Below are positions 26,493 to 37,200 of a stretch of 53,374 nt of DNA, piece by piece. Each line of letters opens with the position of its first letter. Within the stretch, counting starts at the first letter, position 1. Position numbers and translations under genes: made by a program. Origin of the DNA: a virus (Duplodnaviria > Caudoviricetes); the IMG/VR virus record IMGVR_UViG_3300034994_000033, positions 1-53,374 of that record. The stretch is one strand, 5' to 3'. The notes below the pieces were generated by a model, which did no database searches, was not told where the DNA came from, and was given only the letters and a program-made list of their open reading frames with translations.

Positions 26493-28187
26493 GTGATGGG
26501 AATGTTTCCGGTACAGAATTATGGCCGTGATTTCAATGAGTCCTTTGTCGGTATGGGTAATTTCGTTACCGGCCAGAAGAAAGCCGATTCGGATCTTGAT
26601 CAACGCGGGATTGAAAACAGCCGCGCCGACAGGACCGTTGCCGCGCAGGAGGCGTCGTCCAAAGCATCGGTCGAACACAGCACCGCCCAGACGGCGAAAA
26701 TCAAACGCGAAGAGGATGACGCCGGGCTGCTGCATGAAGCGGTACCGGTTTACGGCAAGGTTGCCAACGATGAACCACTGAATGACGATGACGTGAAGGT
26801 CTTGGGCAGGATGCGGGTTAAGCTGCCCTACCTGACCAATAACATCGATGACAACAGGGCGTTGCAGGAAGCTCATTCGATCCTGATTGATGCCAACGAG
26901 AAGGCCAAGGCACTGCCGCCGAGTGATAAGCCGTTCAAGTTCGAGCGCGGTGATTCGCCGGAACTGGACAAAGTCCTGGATGCCTGGAACATGGTTGTCT
27001 CCCCCGCGCGGCATAAGACCCACGTTGACACTTCCGGGGCGGTGACCGGGACACCGGGGGCAGAGTATAGCACCGACCAGATCCAGGCCGGCGCCGGTAT
27101 TTCTACCGAAGGGGGCGCGAAGACGGCGGCATATTTCTCGATCGTCGATGCCAACGGCGCTCCTATCTACCAGACCGACGCCCAGGGAAACCAAGTGATG
27201 AGGGTTGTTAACGGTAAGGCGGAGCCGCAGCGCAAGCTGGTAGCGGCCAGTGTCGGCCAGACTAATGACCCCAACGCCCCCGTTGATTTTGTGCCTGCGG
27301 ATGCGTTGATTATGAAATCGAAACTGGCCCTGGAGCAGCTGCAGGCGGAAAACAAGCTGCCGCCGGAGCTGCGGACAAAGCTGAAAAAAGAGATCGAAAC
27401 CAACATGTACGGTTTGATGCCGAATGGCGTCGAGAAGCTGCTGGCTTCACAGGTGAAGGATAATACACCTATTGCCTTGGCGGATGGCGGCATGCTGGTT
27501 GATCGCACCTCCGGCAAGGTTATCGCCGAGAACGCGAAGGCACCCGGCAAGGGCGAGCACCTGAAGACCGAAGAAGGGGTCAAGGGCCGTCCCGGCTGGG
27601 TACAGGATGTTTATACCGATGCGGGCGGGAAAGAGCTCCGTCGCGGTGAGCCCCGCCTTCAATTTAATCCCCGGCCGGACAATTCAGGCAAAAGCAACAA
27701 AGAGCTGGAACGGGAGTCGCGGGCGGATATCGACAAGTCTGCGGCAGAACTAGCAAAGCGGCGAGTGCTGGTAAACAAGAACTCCGCTGCCGCTAATGCC
27801 TCCGGCGACCCTGACGCGATCAGAGAGGCGACAAGAGACGCAGATGCGTACAATGCCGAGTCTGCGTCGCTAACAGAGAAGTTTGAGGCACACAAGCGGG
27901 AGTTTGGCAGAAGCTATACCCCTACGGCGGTAAAGCCTCCGGCCAGAAGAGGCGGCGGCATGGCTCCGGTTCCTGCCCAGGCGGCCACACCACAAAAAAC
28001 CGCCCCGCCGAGCAACAAGGCTACAAGCGCCGGCAAGAGTAAACAACAAAGTGAACAACTTACATCTGCCCAGCCTATAAAATCCATGCCCGGCAAACAC
28101 CTTCTTACGCTTTCAAACGGTAAGAGGTATATCGGTTCCAAAGGCCCCAAAGGGTGGCAATTAGAATCTGAAGCAACTATTCAATAA
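26493..28187 (+). CDS. Ejection (DNA transfer) protein
   Basis: 564 aa directly upstream of the giant gene; LADGGMLVDRTSGKVIAEN motif. Confidence 0.7.
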   Translation: MMGMFPVQNYGRDFNESFVGMGNFVTGQKKADSDLDQRGIENSRADRTVAAQEASSKASVEHSTAQTAKIKREEDDAGLLHEAVPVYGKVANDEPLNDDDVKVLGRMRVKLPYLTNNIDDNRALQEAHSILIDANEKAKALPPSDKPFKFERGDSPELDKVLDAWNMVVSPARHKTHVDTSGAVTGTPGAEYSTDQIQAGAGISTEGGAKTAAYFSIVDANGAPIYQTDAQGNQVMRVVNGKAEPQRKLVAASVGQTNDPNAPVDFVPADALIMKSKLALEQLQAENKLPPELRTKLKKEIETNMYGLMPNGVEKLLASQVKDNTPIALADGGMLVDRTSGKVIAENAKAPGKGEHLKTEEGVKGRPGWVQDVYTDAGGKELRRGEPRLQFNPRPDNSGKSNKELERESRADIDKSAAELAKRRVLVNKNSAAANASGDPDAIREATRDADAYNAESASLTEKFEAHKREFGRSYTPTAVKPPARRGGGMAPVPAQAATPQKTAPPSNKATSAGKSKQQSEQLTSAQPIKSMPGKHLLTLSNGKRYIGSKGPKGWQLESEATIQ

Positions 28188-28205
28188 TTGTCAAAGGGGA
28201 GTCTC

Positions 28206-31200
28206 GTGGCTGACTCGATAGTTTTATCAAAAGATGATGTCGGTGAAGATATTCTACAACCCAAATCTATCGTGTTGTCCATGGATGATGTCGGTACGGA
28301 TGTATTGCCTAAAGTGCGGAACCCCCGGGTTTTATCTAGTTCCGATCTTGGTCGAAACATTTTAGAACCAGAGCCAGTAGACTCTTCCAAAATAAAAATG
28401 TTCACCAATGACCGGGCCCGCACCGGCGGTATGCAGTCGGTCCTTGGTATTGCTTCGCAGTCGGACCGGAATGCGCGCGCTTTGGCCGATGATGTTTCCA
28501 ATGCCGTTGCCACTGCTCCGGCAACGGTTGTCTCTGGGGCCGTCCGGGGCGCCGGATCTTTGCAGGTGGCCGTGGCGCAGGCAAAAGCTCCGGGCTTTCT
28601 GCCGGGCATGGGGTACGTGGATAACTCCGGCAAGACCATTCCCGTTGATGATGGCGGCGATATATTCACCCCCCCGGATCGTTCTTACTATACAAAGCGC
28701 TATACCGGCATGGAGCGCAGCGGCTTTGACAAGATGGATCAGGCTGATGTCGTAATGGCGCAGATCAAGCAGGATGCGCCTGTTAGCAGCCCGATCGTGG
28801 ATAAATACCTGCGAGAAGGATTCAGTCAGGCTGGTAACATGCTCCCTACCCTGCCGCTTGCAGCCATCCCGGTTATCGGGCCTGAACTGTCCGTGCAGAT
28901 GATGGCCCGCGGCGCCGGTGCCGATGCGATCAAGAAAGGCCGTGAGATCGGTCTGACTGATGACGAGATAGATGATTACGTCAGCAAACAAGTCGGGCCG
29001 GAATATGTCGGTGAGAGGCTGTCAATAGGCCCGATGCTGGCAATGCTGAACAACAAGGTCCCTTTCTTTAAAGCACTCGGGACACACCAACTGGCGGAAA
29101 TCAGCAGCGAGATTGGGACGTCTCATTTTCAGCTTGCCGCTGATAAGGCGTATGAAAAGCCCGGCCTGTCCAGGGAAGAACGCAACCGTATTTATGATTC
29201 ATGGATAAACATGGACGCGCAGCGCAATGACCCCAAGGCAATGACGGAATGGGCCAACAACATGAAGGATACCGCTATCACCACGCTCGGCATGACACAC
29301 GTCATGGGCGCGGCCGGTGGAGCGCACCGTGTGGCGACAACAATTAGCGCTCCTGCTGAAACAGATGCAATAACCCGCGGAATGGATTTCACCGGCGCCG
29401 ATGAAGCGGCCCTTATTCGCTCAATGCCGCCCGAAAGAGCTGCGGCGTATCTGAAAAAGAAACAGCAAGCCGCCTCGGCACAAATACACGGTAACGAACC
29501 CCTCTCCTCCCCCCCCCCTGCAACTTCATACCAGAACGAAGGGTATGACGATATCGAAGATATGCCGGCGCCGAAGGGCCCATTGGAAAATGCGGCAAGC
29601 CAGGCGGTTACAACAACAGGACCGGATACGGCACCTGATAACATACCCCCGTTTACTCCTCCCGAAACTCCTGTCACCACAGAGTCCGTGCCGCCTATCG
29701 ATGTTTCGGGCGGTACGGCTCCCCCGTCTGCCGTCAGGGAAATAACCGATGCGGACCAGACCGATTTTGAGAATGCGGTGTTGTGGGAAATCAAGCTGCG
29801 CGAAAGCGGCCGATCGGCTGTACCGGATATTGAGGGCGAATCGGCAAGAGACCACGCCTGGCGTTTATTGGAAACGTATCGCAAGGCTATTACGCCGCTG
29901 GTCGCCGGGGATACGTCGGGCGCGGTGGAAGAAACACAGCACCCGGCCCCGGCGGCGCTGGCGGCCGGAGATACCAATGGCTTTTTGACTTCGCTCGGTT
30001 ATCCGAAAATCAGGAACGCCGACCACTTCGAAACGGGAGGGATCGGGGCAATAAAGAATAATGAATACGAATCGCCGCCAATGCCGGGCGACGTCGCTGA
30101 ATCGTTGATGGGTCAAGCCACTGCTGCCGGGCTTTCCGCAACGGCTGCACCGTACATGATGACTCGCAAAAAGCTGGACGGTTCTTTTGAAACCATCCCG
30201 GCGGGGTCCGGGCGGGTAACAGTAAAGATTTCACAGGCGCAGGAGAAACCCGATGGCGCTACAGATACAGTGCCCGCATTGCCAGGGGCGTCCGAAGTGG
30301 AACGGCCGGGAGTGGGAGTGCCCGAAGTGCAAGGCAAGGATACCGGATCAGAAAATAATTTACCTCAACCCGGAGGAATGAATAATGATCTGTCCAGCGT
30401 GCGGCAAGAAACAGGCGTCCCGCAAGAAGTGCCACCAGTGCGGGTCAGGGAAAATGCATCGATTGATGAAGCTGCGCATGCTGCCGCGACATCTCCACGG
30501 AATGACGTTCCGGAGCCGACGACCGCCCAGATCGAGGCCGGCAATTATAAAAAGGGACATGTCAACATCCATGGTCTTGATATCTCCATAGAGAACCCCG
30601 CCGGGTCATTGCGCAAGGGTGCCGATGAGAACGGCAAGTCCTGGCAGACCGAGATGGCGCACCATTACGGCTATATCAAGGGGACGATCGGCAAGGACAA
30701 GGATCATATCGACGTATTTGTCGGGCCGGATCAACAGAGCGGCAAGATATTCGTGGTTGACCAGATCGACCCGAAAACCGGCGAACTGGACGAGCACAAG
30801 GTGATGATGGGTTTTGGTTCTCTTCCGGCGGCCCGGGCCGGATATCTGGCAAATTATGATAAGACCGGCGCGCAGAGAATCGGCGCTATCACGGAAAGTT
30901 CCGTCGATGATTTCAAGCAGTGGCTTAAAGAGGGCGACACCAGGAAAGCCTTTGCCCCGCAAGTTACCAAGGTTACCACGGTAACCTCCGGGATTTCCAC
31001 CTCAGTCCGTCGTCAACTCGATACCTCAAAAGACAGCCTCCAGCTGGCCGTCGCCAAACTGGGGGGGATCAATCGTGCCGAGCTCGATCAGCAGACCGGT
31101 ACCGGCAAGGACCTGGCGCATACCCTGAACAGCATGGCCTCGAAAGAGGGGGGAACATTCCTGCATACCATCAAGAGTACCGGTCTGCCGCTGGACACGA

Positions 31201-34200
31201 TGCGCGAGGCGCTGGTGGAGAACGGCTATCTCAAGCCGGCCGACGATATCAACACCCTGCTGGACAAGCTGGACGGCGCTTCCCGCGGCGAGGTGCATCG
31301 CTCCACGCATGCGGCCGATACCGGGGATGCGGCGTACAGCGAGGCGGAAACGCGCTATGCCGAGATGATCGGCGCGATGACCAACGAAGAGTATGAGGAA
31401 TATTCCCGCAACCAGTGGCTCGATGAACAGGCGGAAGAGCTGGCCGCCGCCGCTGATATCATCGACGAATATCTGTCCGGATTTGACGAAGAGAAGATGA
31501 CCGCTGCCGACTGGCAGGAGGTTGAAAACGATCTTAAGGAGGCGCTGGATGCCGAAATCAGCAGCGGAAACATTGAAGAGAATAAAGAACCGGGCCAAGA
31601 AGATGCCGCCGGAGAAGCGCAAGGCGTTCATGTCGGCGGTGAAGGTGATACTGCGGACAAAAGTCAGGCAGGTACAGGAAAAAATGTAGAGCAGCAGAAC
31701 AAACTTTTCGCCACTCCCTCGACTTTCGGCACCAAGCCACAACCCAAGACCACAAACCGCGACGTTTCTACGTCCGGCTTATTGGATGGTTTCACCAAGG
31801 ATGATTCGGTGCAGCCGGGTCTGCCGGGCGGCACAACCGAAACAAAATCATTAACCGATAAGGTTAACGAAACCGAAAGCGCCCAGACGGATAATAGCGG
31901 GCCGGCGACCTCTTCAGAAAAAACAAAACTGGAAGATTTCGGCGAGAAGATCGGCGGGGCCCGTAAGGATTACGCGGCCAAGCTGGATCATGCCAAAACA
32001 CTTGATATTGCCACAGAGCCGTTTGCAAAGACGTGGCCGGAACCCGACTATCTCAAGATGCTGGCAGACGGTTTCGATGAGCAACATGTTTCTCTGGTTC
32101 GCGCCCTACGCGATGAAATCCCCGACAAGCCCCGCAAGTCATGGAAACTGCAACCATGGGTCAAGTTGGTTGAATCCCTGCGGGATCATGCTGAGTTAGC
32201 ATTGCAGGGCAAAAGTCCTGTTTTGTACAAGGTATTGAAAGAGACCGAATTCGTTAATTCCTCCGCACAAGATATCGCCGGCCGTGCCGAACTTTACCAC
32301 GCGGTAGGTCACGATGTTTCCCTGCGGGGCGTTACCCTCAAAAAGAACTTTTGGAATCTGTACCACGGCGAGAAGGATGTTACCAAGTGGCAGGTTGAAG
32401 GTAAACAGAAAGCAACCGCCTTCGGTAATATGCCGCGCGAATTGGGGATAGGTAACACCAAGGCCGAAGCGATAGATGACTTTAAATCAAAGATTTCTAC
32501 GCTGGCTCCGGGAGAAAAGGGTAAGAAAACAACCGAATTCATCATTTATCAGTACCGGGCAAAAGATAAACCCGGCCATTACATCGGCAAGAAGATCGGC
32601 CAGGATTATCTCGACCTGCAGAAGTTCGATGATGCCAAAGCTGCCCGGGAGTATCTGAACAGCCATCGGACAGAACTTGAAGCACAGCTTGCAAGTATGA
32701 AGAATGTTCCTAATGAACGCCGGGACGTCAATAACCCCCGTTCTGGTGAAGACTACCGAGGCGGCAAAGATGTGACGCCGGAGATGTTCACCAACTCCTT
32801 TGGGTTCAGAGGGGTCGAGTTCGGCAATTATGTAGAAGGTTCAAAGCGGCAGAACGATTTGAACAACGCCTTCGATGCCTTGAATGACCTGGCCGGCTTG
32901 CTGAATATACCGACTCAGGCTATATCCCTAAATGGTGAACTCGGGCTGGCATTCGGTGCAAGGGGCCATGGCGGCAAACACGCCGCTGCTGCGCACTATG
33001 AATCTGACAAAATCGTCATCAATCTGACCAAGAACCAGGGCGCCGGATCTTTGGCGCATGAATGGTTTCATGCGTTCGATAGTTATCTTTCCCGCACGCG
33101 CGGCTATAAAGGCGACTTCATTACCGACAAGACCGTCAAGTATGGTCCGGCGGATGGAACCCGGCAGGAGTTGATAGACGCTTTTATTGATCTCAGAAAA
33201 AACTTGAACGCCACCAACATGAAAACCCGTTCGCGGGAACTGGATAAAACCCGCAACAAGGATTACTGGTCAACCGGGATCGAGATGCATGCCCGGGCGT
33301 TTGAAAACTATGTAATCGACAAGCTGACCGACAGCAATACCAGCAATGATTATCTGGCCAACATCAACAGCGTATCCGAGTATGCCGATGCCATGCTTCA
33401 CGGTTTTATGACCGGCAAGACGGTTAACGATCTGTACCCGTACCTGCTGGATTCCGAGAAGGCGGCGGTCGTCAATTCTTTCGATAAACTGTTTGCAACG
33501 CTACAGACCAAACAGACCGACAAGGGCGTTGCCCTCTACTCCAACCCGCTGTTCGATCCCGCCCTGGTTGTATCCTCCCTCTCCGGGCTTGCCAAGAATC
33601 TGAAAGAGGATATTCCGAAGTTGGTCAAGTTGGGACAAGTCGTTATCCGTGAAGGCGCCGGGAAATATCAGCAGTTCCTGGCCGGGATGAAGCAATATCT
33701 CGGCGACAAATGGGACACATTCAAATTGCAGATGCTGAAGATTTATCACCAGGCGAAAGCGGCATACGCCAAGAGCTCCAACCCGCTGTTCGATCCCGCC
33801 CTGGTTGTATCCTCCCTCTCCGGGCTTGCCAAGAATCTGAAAGAGGATATTCCGAAATTGGTCAAGTTGGGACAAGTCGTTATCCGTGAAGGCGCCGGGA
33901 AATATCAGCAGTTCCTGGCCGGGATGAAGCAATATCTCGGCGACAAATGGGATGCCTTTAAATTGCAGATGTTGAAGGTTTATCACCAGGCGAAAGCGGC
34001 ATACGCCAAGAGCAGCACCGCCGAGAAAGAGGCGAACTTTGCCCTTGCACAGCCTGATAATAATGATATAGTTACAGAGAAAGGAGCCGCCCATGAATCA
34101 GACTCAGGAGAGTTCTATGTCCCCCGCCGAATATCAGAAACACGTGACGGAAATCGGGCGGAAAGAAATCGCGCTGATGCCGAAGCTGTTGCCAGGGCAG

Positions 34201-37200
34201 TTCAAGGCACAGTGCGAACGACTGAAGGCGCAGAATATCCCGAACCGGGATTAAACGAACTCAAAGGCGCCCAGAAGAAATTCTATGCGCGCCTCAAAGC
34301 TCTCGAAGAAACCGCCCTGTTGCAGCACATGCAGGAAACCGGGGAATTCCCCAGCGCCGGCTTTGTCGCCGCATGGAAACGTGAAGGTGAACAGGCCGGG
34401 ACAGAACACAAAGTAGCCGTTGCCCCGGATGGCCGCACGGTTCGCAAGTTCGGCGATGCCGCCGTCAACCACACCTGGACCGATTACCTCCAGCGTATCG
34501 CCCTCCATAACTCTTTATTCCCTCTCACTGAATATGAATACAAAGGCTTGTCCACGATAGCCGGCCACCTCCATGCCGTGGTCGATCAGGTGGCCATCGC
34601 CGGAGAAAACATCGTTCAGGCCAAGCAAGCCGATATCGATGCGGCCATGAAGGAACTCGGCTTTGAGCCGTTTATCCGCAGCCAGTATGCCGGCAAACCA
34701 ACCGAAGTATCCCCGATGGCCCGCCTGTGGGTACGCCGCTCCGACAATAAAGCCGTATGGGATATCCGCCCTGCCAATGTCCTGCAGAACTCCGATACCA
34801 AAACCCTCTATTTCATCGACCCGGTTGTCGAGCAGTTGCCGGACGGTTACGACATCGGCAAGCTGACGCCATTGGAGATCGGTGAAGACGGCGCGGTTGT
34901 CGGCTCCCGGTTTCAGTTCATCGATGGTGAAGTGGTGCCACGGGATGATGCTCAGTTCAAGTTGACCGGCTCCCCTGCGGTCTCCGGCGTCAAGGCCGTC
35001 GAGGCGCAAGCATGGGTCTCAACCCTCCCGATCGCCAAGCGGGTAAACGTCGTGCAATCGATCGACGACCTCCCCGCCGCAGCCCGTTCCGAAATCACCA
35101 AGGCCCAGGTCAACCCCGCCCGCGTGCAGGCCATGGAGCTGCAGGGCACCATTCACGTCATCGCCGATAACGTCCCGGATCTGCGCCGGGTCAAGGCGTT
35201 GGTCATCGGTCACGAGCTGGCCCACGCCGGGCAGACGGACAAGGTTGTCGATATCGCGGTGGACTGGTTCACCCGCAACAAGGATACCAAAACAGAGCAG
35301 GCGCTGGCAGCGCAGGCGATCCTGGAGAAAGTCGCGGCCGGGTACGGTTACAACCTGGATAATGTAAAGCAGTTCCGGCGTGCGGTACAGGAAGCGACGG
35401 CGGCGCTGGCCGAACAGGTGGCGGACGGCACGCTGAAGCCAATCGGGCTGATGCATCGGTTGATGCTGTACCTCAAGCACTGGCTGCGCCAGAACGGCCT
35501 TATTTCGCATGTCTCGGACAGCGAGCTGTATCAAGCCGTGGCCGAGATGCTGCGGATTGGGGAAAAGCGGTTGTCGGTGGGTAAGGGTGGTGATGAGGCG
35601 CAGTTTGCTGCTGCATGGCACGGCGGGCCGCATGACTTCAGCACGTTCGACTCTTCAAAAATAGGCACCGGTGAGGGTAACCAGGCTTATGGTTATGGGT
35701 TGTATTTTGCCGGCAACAAAGAAGTGGCGGAATTTTATAAAGATATGTTGTCGAAGAACCAGCGGGCATTTGATCCTGAATTGGTTGATGCAAAAGCAGG
35801 ACTTCGTGATGCCCTGGCGGAAGTCGACAACCTCGGATTTGATACTTTCGGTGAAGTGCTAAAGACACTCCGGCAGTACCCTCAAAACTGGTTTGATATG
35901 TATGAAGTAACGCCGGAAGAGGCGGCGACTATCAGCAAGTTTCTGGCGGCCTACGAGAAGCGAATAAAAGAAACGCAAGGCAAACTTTACCAGGTTGAAC
36001 TCGCCCCTTCCGAGGATGAATACCTATTGTGGGACAAGCCGCTATCGGAGCAGAGCGAAACGGTGAAAACTGCTCTGGCGGAGTATGGCGATTATCCCGG
36101 AACGCTGACAGGGAAACAGATATATAAGCAAGAAACTGGCGGGAACGCTGGTAATTCCAACTCTCCAATAGTTTCACAAGAACTCCACTCCCTCGGCATC
36201 CGTGGCATCAAATACCTAGACGGCACCAGCCGCGGCAAGGGCGAAGGCAATTATAACTACGTCATCTTTAATTCCGCAGACGTGGAGATCAAGGCCAAGT
36301 TCGCGCTGTCTGACGAGATAAAGTCCAACATCGAACGTGTCTCTGAATCAACCTTGCTGGGTAATCTGAAAGGCATCGTTGAACCCGGCACACTTGCCCG
36401 CTTCGCAAAAAATATCCCGGATGCTGAAGATGTAAAAGATACTCTCGCCAGCATTCTGGCAAACGATACTCTCTCTGGCTTCGCTCAGGATCATTTACAA
36501 ACGCCGCTAATGGTTACCGAGCAGCACCCTGATTTCCTGCCGGTGTATGAAACCGCCAAAGAGCGCGATGAAAACAAGATGAATTACGTTGTCAGGATGC
36601 TGGGCGGGCTTTTCGATAAAGAAGGGAAACCAGCACTATGGGATAAAGTCAAGGACACACTTTTTAACTGGGATACCGGCAAAGAGACCGCGTACGGGCA
36701 GCTGTTGCGCGAAACCAAGCTGACCAGCGAAGAGCGGCGCATGTACGATGAATTGGTGTTTGAAGCCGATATAATGGGGGCCGAATACAGTTCATTGGAA
36801 TATGCGAACCGGAATCCCCGCATAAAGAAAATGGACGTTACGCCTCGGGTTTTTGATTTCTATCAGAAATCCATGGCGCTCCAGGAGTCCGCCCGCAAGG
36901 TGCATATTGCCATAATAATCGAGCTTATGCACAAGGCCGGCGCTTCGCTGGAAAAAATAGCGGCTACTCTGGCCCGTAACCATGCCGAAACCGAAGATGT
37001 TTCGGAAGAAAGTCTCAAAAACGAACTTATGGAACTGATGGCGGAGATGGAGAAGGAAGGCAAGTCAATCGATACCATTGCCCGCCACGTCGCCGATTAT
37101 CGCGGCATGGTGTTAAAGCGCAAGGGGCGCGTGCATCGGAACCACGGCGAAGGGAACCGTACTGTAGATGTCTTTCACCACATTACCTCGCTTGATTTTG

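Noticed and set aside
26064-27194. Long minus-strand ORFs in the track (e.g. 26064..27194, 29192..29977, 40557..41369, 50819..51613)
   Set aside because: Antisense shadows of well-supported + strand genes, with no recognisable motifs.
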